A stretch of DNA of 64,000 nt from Octopus vulgaris (Eukaryota). Under the pieces are notes generated by a model. The model was not told where the DNA came from. It worked only from the letters and a program-made list of their open reading frames with translations, and did not search any database. The stretch lies in contig OX597823.1 in the NCBI GenBank assembly GCA_951406725.2, forward strand, positions 108,314,001 through 108,378,000, read 5' to 3'. Below, one piece after another: positions 27,276 to 39,660 of the stretch (position 1 is its first letter; each line of letters starts with the position of its first letter). The translations under genes were made by a program, and so were the position numbers.

Positions 27276-28157
27276 TTGGGTCATTCCAGAAATAACGTGG
27301 ATTTTTTCAATTACAAGAACTAAAAGTTGGAGAGAAACAGGATAAACTACCTGCATCAACTTGCTATAAAAGCAGGCAGTAATTTTACCTTGTCCTTATT
27401 CTTAGTGAAAGTTTTGAAGAGTGCAGTTCGATTTTAACAGTTATTTTTTCAAAGCTATAATGGAAGTTACAAAGGAGCATATTTGGCACATTTTGATTTA
27501 TGAGTTCAATAAAGGTAACAAAGCAATGGAAATTATGAGGAATATTAACATGGGAATTGGACAATAAGTGTAAGCCAGTGTAAACAGTGGTTCCAGAAAT
27601 TACGGCCTAGAAGATGACCCTCATCCTGGAAGATCCGTAGAGCTCAACTAGGACATCCTGCAGAACATGGTGGAACAAAATCCCATCGTAACTGTTGGGG
27701 AATTAGCAGAGAGGCTTGGAATTGGTCCTCCAATCAGTCGTCCAGTTCAATGCTAGAAGGAAAACAACCAGCTTTGGTTTCAAGATCAAAGGTGTTCTTC
27801 GATCAGGATGATGCTTGGCTCAGGATAATACAGCAAGGATGACATTCGAAACAAGGAAGCAGTTTGAATGGGAAATGATGCCCCACCCACCATATTGCCC
27901 TAACTGATTATCATTTATTCCACAGTCTTCAAAATTATTTAGATGGAAAGAATATGAATTCTGTAGATGATGTTAGAAGACTATCAGAGGAGTATTCTTC
28001 GTCACAGACAACTGAATTTTGGAAGAGGGGCCTTGCAAGTTTACCAGCATTGAAGAAAATGAAGGAGAGTATTTCAGAGATAAATAAAATTATATTTATC
28101 TTAATTTCGAAAAAGAAAAGAAGTACAAAAAACCGCATTATTTATGTGATGACCCAA
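27276..28157 (+). mobile_element. Mariner transposon, internally deleted and decayed
   Basis: TIRs TTGGGTCATTCCAGAAATAACGTGGATTTTTT and rc TTGGGTCATCACATAAATAATGCGGTTTTTT, flanked by TA on both sides. Transposase remnants MEVTKEHIWHILIYEFNKG (ATG 27460), FDQDDA, MPHPPY..TDYHLFHSLQNYL. Confidence 0.9.
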
Positions 28158-28301
28158 TATCTTGTGTGTGTATGTATAGTGGCGTATATGAACACCCTTT
28201 TGGTTAAATGGAAATATACTTAGTGTGCACCTATAGACGTTGATTTGTAGGGTGTTATACACTCATATGAAGATAAATTTTCCATAATAGCTCTGTACAT
28301 C

Positions 28302-28467
28302 CTTTTATTCTTTTACTTGTTTCAGCCTTCAGTGAAACAAATCGACACCAGGAATTATTCTTTGTAAGCCTAATACTTATTCTATTGGTCTCTTATATTG
28401 AACTTCTGAGTTATGGGGACATAAACATACCAACATCGGTTGTCAAGCAATAGGGGGGGACACAGAT

Positions 28468-28470
<3 letters not shown>
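28302..28470 (-). mobile_element. SINE family A, 3' half
   Basis: Reverse tail CTTTTACTTGTTTCAG...GGTTGTCAAGCAAT. Confidence 0.75.
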
Positions 28471-28502
<32 letters not shown>

Positions 28503-28579
28503 AATATATATAATAAATGTGTATATATATATATATGTCTATATATATATATGTGTGTGTATATATATCTATATATATA

Positions 28580-28750
28580 GGTGCAGGAGTGGCTGTGTGG
28601 TAAGTAGCTTGCTTACCAACCACATGGTTCCAGGTTCAGTCCCACTGCATGGCCCCATGGGCCATGCAGTGGGACTGGTGTCTTCTATTATAGCCTCGGG
28701 CCAAATAAAGCCTTGTGAGTGGATTTGGTAAAAGGAAACTGAAAGAAGCC

Positions 28751-28796
<46 letters not shown>

Positions 28797-28990
28797 ATGT
28801 TTCTGTGTTTGTCCCCCCAGCATCACTTGACAACTGATGCTGGTATGTTCACATTCCTGTCACTTAGCAGTTCGGCTAGAGAGACTGTTAGAGTAAGTAC
28901 TAGGCTTACAAAGAATAAGTCCTGGGGTCGATTTGCTCGACTAAAGGTAGCACTCCAGCATGGCCACAGTCAAATGACTGAAACAAAAAA
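28580..28990 (+). mobile_element. SINE family A with internal fold-back insertion
   Basis: Full head and tail; perfect hairpin with 19-bp arms at 28637-28677. Confidence 0.92.
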
Positions 28991-29005
28991 GCAATATACA
29001 TATAC

Positions 29006-29281
29006 AAGCCTTGAGTGGATTTGGTAGATGGAAACTGAAAGGAGCCCATCGTATATATGTATATATGTGTGTATATGTGTGTGTGTGTTTGTCCCCCACA
29101 ACATCGCTTGACAACCAATGCTGGTGTGTTTACATCCCCATAACTTAGCGGTTCAGCAAAAGAAACTGATAGAATAAGTACTAGGCTTAAAAAGAGTAAG
29201 TCCTGAGGTTGATTTGCTAATTTAAAGGCAGTGCCCCAGCATCGCCACAGTCAAATGACTGAAACAAGTAAAGAGTAAAGA

Positions 29282-29284
<3 letters not shown>
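29006..29284 (+). mobile_element. SINE family A, 5'-truncated
   Basis: Starts AAGCCTTGAGTGGATTTGG, ends AAGTAAAGAGTAAAGAG. Confidence 0.88.
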
Positions 29285-29327
<43 letters not shown>

Positions 29328-29328
29328 T

Positions 29329-29369
29329 CTTTTTTATATTCTTTTATTTGTTTCAGTCATTTGAAAGCA

Positions 29370-29418
<49 letters not shown>

Positions 29419-29589
29419 GTATATGTATATATACAATGGTCTTCTTTCAGTTTCCATTTACCAGATCTGCTTGCAAGGCTTTGGTTGGCTCAAGGTTATA
29501 GAAGACACTTGCTCAAGGTGCCATGCAGTGGGACTGAATCTGGAACCATGTGGTTGGTAAGCAAGCTACTTACCACACAGCCACTCCTA
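29329..29589 (-). mobile_element. SINE family A, internally deleted
   Basis: Tail tip joined through (TA)n to the head in reverse orientation. Confidence 0.8.
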
Positions 29590-29879
29590 TTCATACAAAC
29601 ATAAACACACATATATATAGATATATCTATATATACACAGATACCTATATATAGACATAATCGTTTATACTTACATATACATATGCATATATACATATAT
29701 CTATATACATGTATACAGACATGTGTGTGTGGGTGTGCATGTATGTCTGTGGACATAAACCGGTCTCTCGTTTCCCTTGTCCTCACTTTCTCTGTTGCTT
29801 ATGTAAGTATATGCATGAGTGTGTGTGTGTGTATTTTGTGTACACTCACAAATTACATATTTCATAATAAATATGACTA

Positions 29880-29990
29880 TATACATACACATATAGTACA
29901 CACACACATATGCACATGCATTAAACTATTTGCATACATTTATATACATATATATATGTGTACATATATATATATATACATACATGTATT

Positions 29991-30036
<46 letters not shown>

Positions 30037-30092
30037 TATATGTGTGTATGTATACATAAATATAATCATGCATGCATGTGTACATATGTATG

Positions 30093-30148
<56 letters not shown>

Positions 30149-30365
30149 TGCACACACACACAAAACTACATAGATAAATAGTTAGACAGATATAAACTGA
30201 TAGATAAACAAATGGATAGATAGATAGATACATGCACATAAGTATGTGTGTATGAGTCTACGTGTGGATGTGTGTGCATGTGTGTATGCATGTGTGTCTG
30301 TGCGTGTATATGTGTGTTTTTCTCTCTATGTGTGTGTGCATGTGTTTATGTGTGTGTGTGTGTGT

Positions 30366-30451
<86 letters not shown>

Positions 30452-31200
30452 CTGTGTATCTCACAATCAACACTGAAAACTTCCTTAATAACAGTTTAGA
30501 TTTCATGATTCTGTTTGTGTATTTCTGTTGCCACTATTGATTTCTTCTCTATCCTATATTTTTTCACTCCCTTTCTCTTCCTCAACAAAGCTGATTGCCT
30601 GTCAACTTACTTCCCTTCTTGTGGAACTCTTCATTAAATGGGAGACACTTATTGATTGATAAGCAGCAAATCCATTATATAAATTTTGTTTTCATATATA
30701 TATGTGTGTGTGAGTTTGTGTGTATACGTATATATATATATATATATACATATACATACATATATATATACATACACATGTATATATATATATACACATA
30801 TACATATATAAATATATATATACATACATATATATACATATATATATGTATGTATGTATGTATACATATATATATATACATACTTATATATGTACATATA
30901 CATACAAATATATACACACACACATATATATATATATATACATACATATATATGTATGTATACAAGGAAATATACACACACATATATATATATACACAGT
31001 TATATGTATATACATGTACACAAAGATAGTATGCGTATAAATATATATGTATATAATGTTTGTAAGTGTTTTAATGTGTGGAAATTTTGAGTTTTATATA
31101 CATACATACATGCATATATATATATACATATATACATACATGCACACACACACACAAATATACATATATATGTATATATGTATGTATATATATATATGTG

Positions 31201-31249
<49 letters not shown>

Positions 31250-31290
31250 GGATAGAAAGAGAGAGATACATACATACATACATACATACA

Positions 31291-31324
<34 letters not shown>

Positions 31325-31358
31325 CTGAAATACATGTATAAGTATATATATATATATA

Positions 31359-31389
<31 letters not shown>

Positions 31390-31390
31390 T
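29880..31390. repeat. Cluster of (TA)n/(GT)n/(ATAC)n microsatellites
   Basis: Direct repeats with short spacers. Confidence 0.85.
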
Positions 31391-31849
31391 TCAAACTTGC
31401 CTTTATATGTTTGTGTGCAGTCATCTGTATATACACATACATTATATCCAAATTTCTTAAATGAAAGCTACTTGTGTTTTTGTGTATGAACCAACATTAC
31501 AAAATGATTTACCTATCTGTTATATTGGTTCTGTCTTAAAATAGCTGATCAGTCGTCAGAAGAGAATCTTCTAAGAAAAGTGCTTTTGTTTCAATGTTTT
31601 CTCTGTTATATTAAAGATGAATATAATCCATAATCTCTGTATATCTCTCTTATCCTTTGTGTATGTCTGTCTGTTTGTCTGTCTCTCACACAGTATAGCT
31701 GGTGCCATCACTTTGTCTGTGTTAGATTGTCTATGTATATACATTCATACATTACAAATAAACTTATATATATGGTATATATGGTGTGTTTGAGTCTCAG
31801 TGTGTGTGCATGTGTGTGTGTGTGTGTATACATCATTTAATACACACAG

Positions 31850-32775
31850 TATTTAAAAACAGTTTCATGCTGTGGAAACGAAGCAGTTTGGTAAATTGTA
31901 TATCATGCCTTATGTCTCCAAGCAATTCTTCAGGCTCAAATACACATGGCTGGTCTTATTTAAAAAATTGAGAAAGGATGTTGGTCTATGAGAAAACATG
32001 GGAAAAGACAAGAGGAAGAGGATTGCAAAACATGGAATGCAAAAAGTTGGACCAAGAAAACATGGTAAATGAAAATGGAAAAAGAATGAAAGGAAAGAAA
32101 ACCAAGTGTTGTGTCCCTTTTGGCCATCAAAATTACAATTAGTATAGCAGGTGTTGAATAATTTAATGGGAAGGAGACTAAACTCTATGAGACAGCATGC
32201 CTAATCTGGAGAGATTGATGTCCTCCAGTTTAACAAAAGAAATTTGCACTTGTGCTTGCATTTGTGAAAAATTTCAGGTCTGGAATTAAGCAATGTGTTG
32301 GAACTGTTGGATCTAAGAGTAATTTAAGAGTTTTCAGCTGCACATAGTTTGCATCTCTTTGATCAATTCTACATATGGTATGGATTCCTCTATGCTGCTC
32401 CACCTGATTGTATGTGGTGTGCAGTTGGACTTCACATCCTAAAATGACTGTCAACCTGGAGGATACCATCCTCTCTGGATTAAGTACGCTGTCTCACAGA
32501 CTTTGGCCTCCTCCCAGTTGAATTATTCTACACAAGCTATACTAATTATTATTTTGATGGACAAAAGGGATGCAACTCTTGGTTTTCTTTTCTCATTCCA
32601 CTTTTCACATTCACCTCTCACCTTTTCCCATATTTTCTCATAGATCAATATCCTTTCTCAGTTTTTTTTAGATAAGACTAGCCATGTGTATTTGAGCCTG
32701 AAGGATTGCTTAGAAACATAAGGCATGATAAATAATCTGCTGAATTATTATGTTTCCACAGCATGAAATTATTGG
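31850..32775 (-). mobile_element. Decayed Penelope-like 3' end with inverted pLTR copy
   Basis: 31861-32230 and 32455-32770 are diverged inverted copies. The spacer on the minus strand gives RCKLCAAE..(LN)SRPEIFHKCKHKCKFLL, the Neptune-type endonuclease C-terminus. Confidence 0.75.
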
Positions 32776-32880
32776 TAACTAATAGTTAATATTGTGCATA
32801 TTAAATGATATGTATTTCTCATTAGGTGGTGAACATTTTTCTTGATCCTACTGATAACAGAACAGTAAACTATGTGTATA

Positions 32881-34117
32881 TCAGGTTGAGTAAAAAAGAA
32901 GCAACATTTTGAACCATGAAGAATTTGTTCCAGATTTTTGCAGAGTTTTGAATTTGCTTTGTTTTTAATTGTCAGATAATACAGACATAGACTTGCCCAA
33001 ATGCATCAATAAATTAACATTGATATGGAACTATCAAAGCGCGATATTTGAGCAATTTTGCTATTCAACTTAAAAAAAGGATGTAAAGCAGCTGAAACTG
33101 CTTGTGATATCTGTGGAACCTTTGGTGAGGAAATGACCAGTGAATGGTCAGCTCAAAAATGGTTAAAACGATTTCACAGTAGAAACCTGAATCTTGAAGA
33201 TGGTGAGCTTAGTGGAAGCCCATCTGTCATCAATGACGGTCAATTAAAGACCATCATTGAGAAAGATCCACATAAACCACTCAAGAAGCAAAAGAACGTC
33301 GAGTTAGCCAGAAAACTTCCTGCAACCATTTGCATGTGATCAGAAAATCAAAACAACTCAACAAATGGGTACCATACAATTTGAATAAAAATCAGAAAAT
33401 GTGTAGATATGAAATTTGCTTGTTGTTTCTTCTCCATAACCAGACCGATCCATTGTATTGTAACTTGTGATGAAAAGTGGATTCCCTACAAAGATAAAAA
33501 AAAGTTCTTCTCAGTAGTTGGACGAAAATGAAGCATCGTAAACTTTTCCTAAACCTGAGCTCTTCAAAAGAAAGGTTTTGGTGACAGTTTGGTGGTGTAC
33601 TGCTGAACTCATCTACTATAACTTGTTAAAACTTGGAAAAACCATTACTGCAGCAGCATATTGCCATGAAATTGCCAAAATGAATGAAAAACTGAAACTC
33701 CTCCGTCCCATACTGGTCAACAGAAGAGGGCCAGTCATTCTTCATGACAATGCTTGACCACACGCTTCATTAATGATGCTCCAGAAGTTGAGGGAACTTG
33801 GCTACAAAGTTCTTTCCCCTCTCAGCTTATTCCCCATACTGTTCTCCTACCGACTACCACTCTTTCAAGCACCTTGATATTTTCCTGCGAGAAAAGGAGT
33901 TCAAAAATCAAACCGATGCTGAAAGTGCATTCAAAGAGTTCATCAGCTCCAGAACTCCAGATTTTTATGCTACCAGAATAGTCAAACTTGTAAATCATTG
34001 GCAGAAATGTGTTGATTGTAGTGGCACTTACTTTGATGAATAAAATTTCCGCATAGTTGAAATATATTGTGATGAATTTTCTGTTTCAAAATGTTGCTTA
34101 CTTTTTATCCAACCTGA
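32881..34117 (+). mobile_element. Mariner transposon, near full length (~1.24 kb)
   Basis: TIRs TCAGGTTGAGTAAAAAAGAAGCAACATTTTGAA and rc TCAGGTTGGATAAAAAGTAAGCAACATTTTGAA; TA on the left. Confidence 0.93.
33025..34043 (+). pseudogene. Mariner (DD34D-type) transposase pseudogene
   Basis: MELSKRDI*AILLF.., WVPYNL (WVPHEL motif), IVTCDEKWI, VILHDNA*PH, YSPYCSPTDYH (YSPDLAP.D motif), ..CVDCSGTYFDE*; multiple stops and frameshifts. Confidence 0.92.
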
Positions 34118-34519
34118 GTGGCTGTGTGGTAAGTAGCTTGCTTACCAACCACATGGTTCTGGGTTCATTCCCACTGCGTAGCAGCTTGGGCAAGTGTCTT
34201 CTACTGTAGCCTCGGGCCGACCAAAGCCTTGAGAGTGGATTTGGTAGACGGAAACTGAAAGAAGCCCGTCATATATATGTATATATATATATGTAAGTGT
34301 GTGTATATGTTTGTGTGTCTGTTTGTCCCCCCAACATCGCTTGACAACTGATGCTGGTGTGTTTATGTCCCCGTAACTTAGTGGTTCGGCAAAAGAGACC
34401 GATAGAATAAGTACTAGGCTTACTAAGAATAAGTCCTGGGGTCACTGCTCAACTAAAGGCTGTTCTCCAGCATGGCCACAGTCACATGACTGAAACAAGT
34501 AAAAGAGTAAAAGAGTAAA
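34116..34519 (+). mobile_element. SINE family A abutting the mariner right TIR
   Basis: GAGTGGCTGTGTGGTAAG...AAGTAAAAGAGTAAAAGAGTAAA. Confidence 0.92.
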
Positions 34520-34624
34520 GATATCAGGTTGAGTAAAGATATCAGGTTGAGTAAAAAGTAAGCAACGTTTTGAAACAGGAAATTCAACAACTAGAAAGAG
34601 TTGTCAAATCTTCCTATTGAGCCA

Positions 34625-34664
<40 letters not shown>

Positions 34665-34667
34665 CAT

Positions 34668-35220
34668 GGTGGCTGTCCCTCGTTATCGAGTATGGCCATT
34701 GCTTGAATCTTAATCAATGTTATTATCGTGCAATACCTGTGCAAGAAGATTTTTTTAAAGTGAGGAAAGGCTGTGCACTGAGTCAATCTCACTCACTAAG
34801 CAACAGCAGCCATAATCCCAAAAGAAGACCAAGTCAACATCATCGGTAACCACTGAGCCGCAGGTTTTATGTCGGAGTTATCCCAGTTACCTGAGTTATC
34901 ATCTCCTAGAAGGATGCCCTAACAAAGGCTAGGAGTCCTTCACTCCCAAGGGTTTAACTGCACGATCGGGTATTCAGTCCGATTATTTCTATATCCCCGC
35001 ACATGATACAGCCATAAGACATTTACTGGATGGCCGTTGACTCTCAAGAGTTCCTCCGCCCTTTGATGGGTTTTGTTTTTCATCCCGCAGGGTGTCCAAT
35101 AGACACCCTCCTCACCAAGCAAGCTTGGTAGGGTTGCCGGTTTAGTCACTGATAACCTGACCATGCAACAGATTGTACTGGGTTACATGTTACCAGTAAG
35201 CACTCAAAAGTGACCTAACA
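34668..35220 (-). mobile_element. Putative non-autonomous bipartite RTE-derived element (5' UTR plus 3' end)
   Basis: Flanked by TA runs, no ORF. Motifs resemble RTE 5' UTRs (GACTAAACCGGCAACCC; rc of CTCCTAGAAGGATGCCCTAACAAAGGCTAGGAG) and an RTE-like terminus GGCTGTCCCTCGTTATCGAGTATGGCC. Recognition from memory only. Confidence 0.5.
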
Positions 35221-35256
35221 TAATATATATATATATATATATGTATACACACATGC

Positions 35257-35450
35257 GGGTGGCACGTAAAAAGCACCCACTACACTCACGGAGTGGTTGG
35301 CGTTAGGAAGGGCATCCAGCCGTAGAAACACTGCCAGATCTGACTGGGCCTGATGAAGCCTTCTAGCTTCACAGACCCCAGTTGAACCGTCCAACCCATG
35401 CTAGCATGGAGAACGGACGCTAAATGATGATGATGATGATGATGATGATG
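35257..35450 (+). mobile_element. RTE 3' tail copy (family C)
   Basis: GGTGGCACGTAAAAAGCACCCACTACACTC..GGAAGGGCATCCAGCCGTAG..GGACGCTAAA(TGA)n. Confidence 0.9.
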
Positions 35451-37271
35451 ACATGGCTCAATAGGAAGATTTGACAACTGTTTGTAGTTGTTGGTAACTT
35501 AGTGTTAAAATATGTAATGCTATGACAGTGAAATATCCAATTAGGAAATACATGAGTAATGCATCCTTGTGATTTATTAATGAATATGTTAAAATATATT
35601 GTGGCTTTAATGTGTGAATATAAGTTGTGTCTGTCTACGTTGAACTAGATTATGTGTAGTGTCTTGTAATCATGGTTATTGTCTTACGTTTTGTGATTTA
35701 TATAGCTTCTTACTATCATAAGTTTCAAGATGTGCTGTATGCATTCTACATTGTCTCAAGTTTTAAGATATGTGACATAGGTCTCCCTTATTTTAACTTT
35801 TCTATCATCTCTATTTTAAAGATAGTGACAAATTGAAGGAATTTACTGTCTCACCAATTTGAACAAATAATTGTCAAGATGGAACCTCATTCTCTCACTG
35901 GTATCATCGGTACCATTGATGGGTGAGTGTGGAAGAAGAGGAGAAGGAGGAGGAAGAAAATATATGCATTACCACTGTCCTCACCATCCATCCCACCAGA
36001 TTACAAGCCCCAGCTACTGTACTTTAACACTCAAAAATATCACTGGAAGAAACTATAATATACATAACTTCCTGGTTTTTAAACAGCTCAGATAACAAAA
36101 CAAGAGGAGTGATAGTTTTCATTTAGAAAGCCTGTATTTCTATTGTAGTATCATTCCCTGTTAGTTTATAAATGTCTTTTGAAACAAATTTGATGGAAAT
36201 CACTCCTATTGTAAAAGGTATCTCTGTTCTGATTTGAGTATAATATGGAATCTGTTCACTGATCAAATACTGGTATTGTGTTTTTCTTTTTTCTTTTGCT
36301 GAATTATTGTTGCATGAATATTGTGAGAGATAATAAAAATCTTTTACTTACATAAAGGTGTTTTCAATGCCATTAATCATGAAATACAGTTATCTTGTTT
36401 ACAAAGTTTATTTTGATGTATAAAATGTTTATTTTTATGTGAAGTATTTAAACGTATTCTGTGTAGGGCTGTAATGCTTAGAAAGGAAACAGTAGGACTT
36501 ATTGTTTTGTATAGTTATGTTTATTATTCCTGTAAAATGTATTTTTCTTTGTTGTTAAATGCCATTGCATGGTGGAGTTTTTCAGAATATTTTGAAGATT
36601 CTGTAAGACATTTTAGCTTTGTAGGGATTTTAAAACCCAATTTGTTCGGTTGTAGCTTCCATATACTTGTGATGGCAGAATTAACATATGCTAAGACAAA
36701 TATTTCTATGTCAAGAATTTGTTCACTGGCATTCCATCAATATTATTTTCATTATTCATTTATCCTGTTTATCTAACTATTTTGAAGACTGTAGAGTAAA
36801 ACTTGAGGAAGACTTAGATGCAATTCTCAGCAGGTGGAGCAACCATGTAGAAGTTTTCTTGTTGGCTAATGGATTTATGATAGAAGTAGGCACTAACTTG
36901 TGCTAATTAAATTAATATCTCTATGAGTGATAATAGATGCAATGCTTAATATTTATTAAACAGGATAATAAGCTATGTCCATGAACCCGATCAAGGCCTC
37001 TATAACAGGTTGGAGAAAGAGATAAACTTGATCTGAATATATGCTATGTGGTGAAGCCTCATAAAAGGTGCTAAAAGTAAGGTGGGGACATTAAACTGAG
37101 CAGCAGGTAGTTTCTGCCTACAAAATTCCACTCACAAGACTTTGGTTGATTTAGTCCTTGGTGCTAGAGTAGAAAGCACTTGGCTAAGATTTTGTATAGC
37201 TGGACTACATGTAAATCTATGCAGTTATGATGCCAGCAACTTAGTTGGGCAGTAGTTAACATGCCTGCACC

Positions 37272-37437
37272 CAGCACTGTCTTAACAACAATATTGACCC
37301 CTGGGCAAGAAATGAAGGGAAAACAATAGTATTTATTGACAGTGAGTCACAGTATCATAGATGACCATTGGGCTATTAAACCTGCAAGATCCTAGGGTAG
37401 CTGCCCTGTATGCCCAGGGGCAGTTAATATGGCACAG
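37272..37437. mobile_element. Possible old hAT-like MITE
   Basis: Diverged TIRs CAGCACTGTCTTAAC and rc CTGTGCCATATTAAC; inner CCCCTGGGCA/TGCCCAGGGG pair; flanks CCTGCACC and CCTGTATT (5/8). Confidence 0.4.
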
Positions 37438-37776
37438 CCTGTATTCTTCAAAGTAGAAGTTTGGAAAATCTGAAGTGAATGGAAGAAAGATCAAGAGGAT
37501 CATATATGAGAAATTAAATTTAAATAACTAATTGTTGTGTGTAGAAAATGAAGACCGCTGACTTCCTAATCATGTTTCTTTTTATTTTACCAGTGTGGAG
37601 AATCCATTATTATAACGTTTTCGATATATCTTATATGCAATTACTGTGTTGACCTTATAGTGTATATCTTAGTTTTAAAATACATTGTCCCTGCATGTCA
37701 TAAGAGGTGACTTGAAGGGTTGATGACAGGGAAAACTTGGTAGCATGGAATAACAGATGTAAAACCATGATGATAA

Positions 37777-37945
37777 TCATCATCATCATCGTTTAACATC
37801 CGCTTTCCATGCTAGCATGGATTGGATGGTTCGACTGGGGTCTAGGAAGCCAGGAGGCTGCACCAGGCCCAGTCTGATCTGGCAGTGTTTCTACAGCTGG
37901 ATGTCCTTCCTAACGCCAACCACTCCGTGAGTGTAGTGGGTGCTC
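37777..37945 (-). mobile_element. RTE 3' tail copy (family C)
   Basis: (CAT)n-CGTTTAACATCCGCTTTCCATGCTAGCATGG...GTGTAGTGGGTGCT. Confidence 0.88.
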
Positions 37946-39440
37946 ATAGATTATCATACAATGATTCGACTGATTTCTTATGTATTGTTTTGGAAAGTTC
38001 AGGTTGACGATGTGTTCTATGTGAAATAAATGAATGAATGAGTAACGTATGATGTAAAAGTGTAACAGGTTGGGGAAGTTTGCTGATGACAAATTTTCCT
38101 GGGCTCTGTTTTCTTTCCTTTATTTGAAAATTGGATTTACCCTGAAATAAAATAGGATTAATAAAAAATCTATCTAAGGTAATTCACTATCTTTATTTCC
38201 ATTCATAACATCATCTCTGTTTTAATTAGCTCTTCATCCTCATTACACAGAGTTCTTACAAATATTTATTTCAGATAAAAATCTATTCATTAGTTTTGAC
38301 TACAGCTGATCATTTATGAGGTGACTGTTGAAACCAAAACATATTAACAGTCACTTCATATAGTTGCCTGATCACCAAAGGTATGCTTACATCCATTCCA
38401 AGTTCTTGTTCAGCCAGGGCACTTTATTCTCTACACAACACTTCTATTTGTAAGCAATAATTGTCAACTCAACTGCAAATATTATCTCCCTTTGTATCTT
38501 ATCCAAGAGGAACTTAACTCTCTTCTGTTTTACATTTCTAAGCTGAAAGCTAAGCAGCAGCTTTATTAAGTTCTTATGAATCCCGAAGCTATATATAAAT
38601 AAAGTACTGTAAATTAGAAGATTACAGGTAATTTTAATCTGTAAACCAGTTTAGGTTCTCCATTACCAGTATTTTACTTTACTGCAATAGATAATGCATC
38701 AATTGAAGGCTATTAATATCATACAACCACATTTCCTTTGTTTTGTAGATTGAGGTTTTGTAAGAAAGCAGTAAAGACATTGGGTGGTGAATTGGTAAAG
38801 TAGAATGCATTACCATATTTTGTTCTGACTCTGTGTTCTAGGTTCAAATCCTATCAATATCAACTTGGACTTCCATTTTTTCAGGGGCAATAAAAATATT
38901 GCCAATCCAGAGTAGTGGATTGGTGGAAGATTAAGAATGTTGGACCAGATGGCTCATAATATTTAATCTAACTCTTTGTGTTCTTTGTTCAAATCCTACC
39001 ATGGCCTACATGACTTGTAGATTTAATCTGTCATCCTGTTTATCACCAAGGCCTGGCAGCTGGGGTACCTGTATAGGAGACACCTGTTGTAAGCATTTAG
39101 AGTAATTCCCTAGCTTAAGAATACCTTTCTCCCACCAGTCTCAGAGATCCTGTAAAGTGGGCACTGCCCCTCCTTCCTGACTAAAAGATGAAACAGAGTT
39201 GGAAAAGTTGGTTAGGAGTCTATCATGATGTGACTGGATCAAACAACAACTCAGTCAAATATAAATTTAGATACCAAAATCTTAAGTTTCCTTTATGAAT
39301 TCAAATTCCACTGCAGTTCGTTTTTGCATTTCGTCCTTTAGATTTTAATAAATAAGTACCACTCAAGTATTAGAACCGATATTATTGACAGTTCCCCTTC
39401 CTCAGTTTTGAGGCCTGTGGCTGCTGGTTCCAGTATGGCT

Positions 39441-39578
39441 GTAGGTGTAGCATGGCTGTGTGCTTAAGAAGTTTGCTTCCATCCACATGATTTCAGCTTT
39501 AGTACCATGACATGCAACCTTGGGCTGACCAAAGTCTTGTGTGTGGATCTTGTAGACAGAAACTGAAAGAAGCCCATC
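39441..39578 (+). mobile_element. SINE family A head, diverged
   Basis: ATGGCTGTGTGCTTAAG...CCTTGGGCTGACCAAAG...AAACTGAAAGAAGCCCATC. Confidence 0.7.
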
Positions 39579-39660
39579 ATCATTATCCTCATCATCATCA
39601 TCGTCATCATCATCATCATCATCATCACCACCATCATTGTCGTCATCACCGTCATTGTCG

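Noticed and set aside
35822-35926. Possible exon ending GATGG|GTGAGT (MEPHSLTGIIGTIDG)
   Set aside because: Good donor but weak acceptor and no recognisable peptide; such sites arise by chance.
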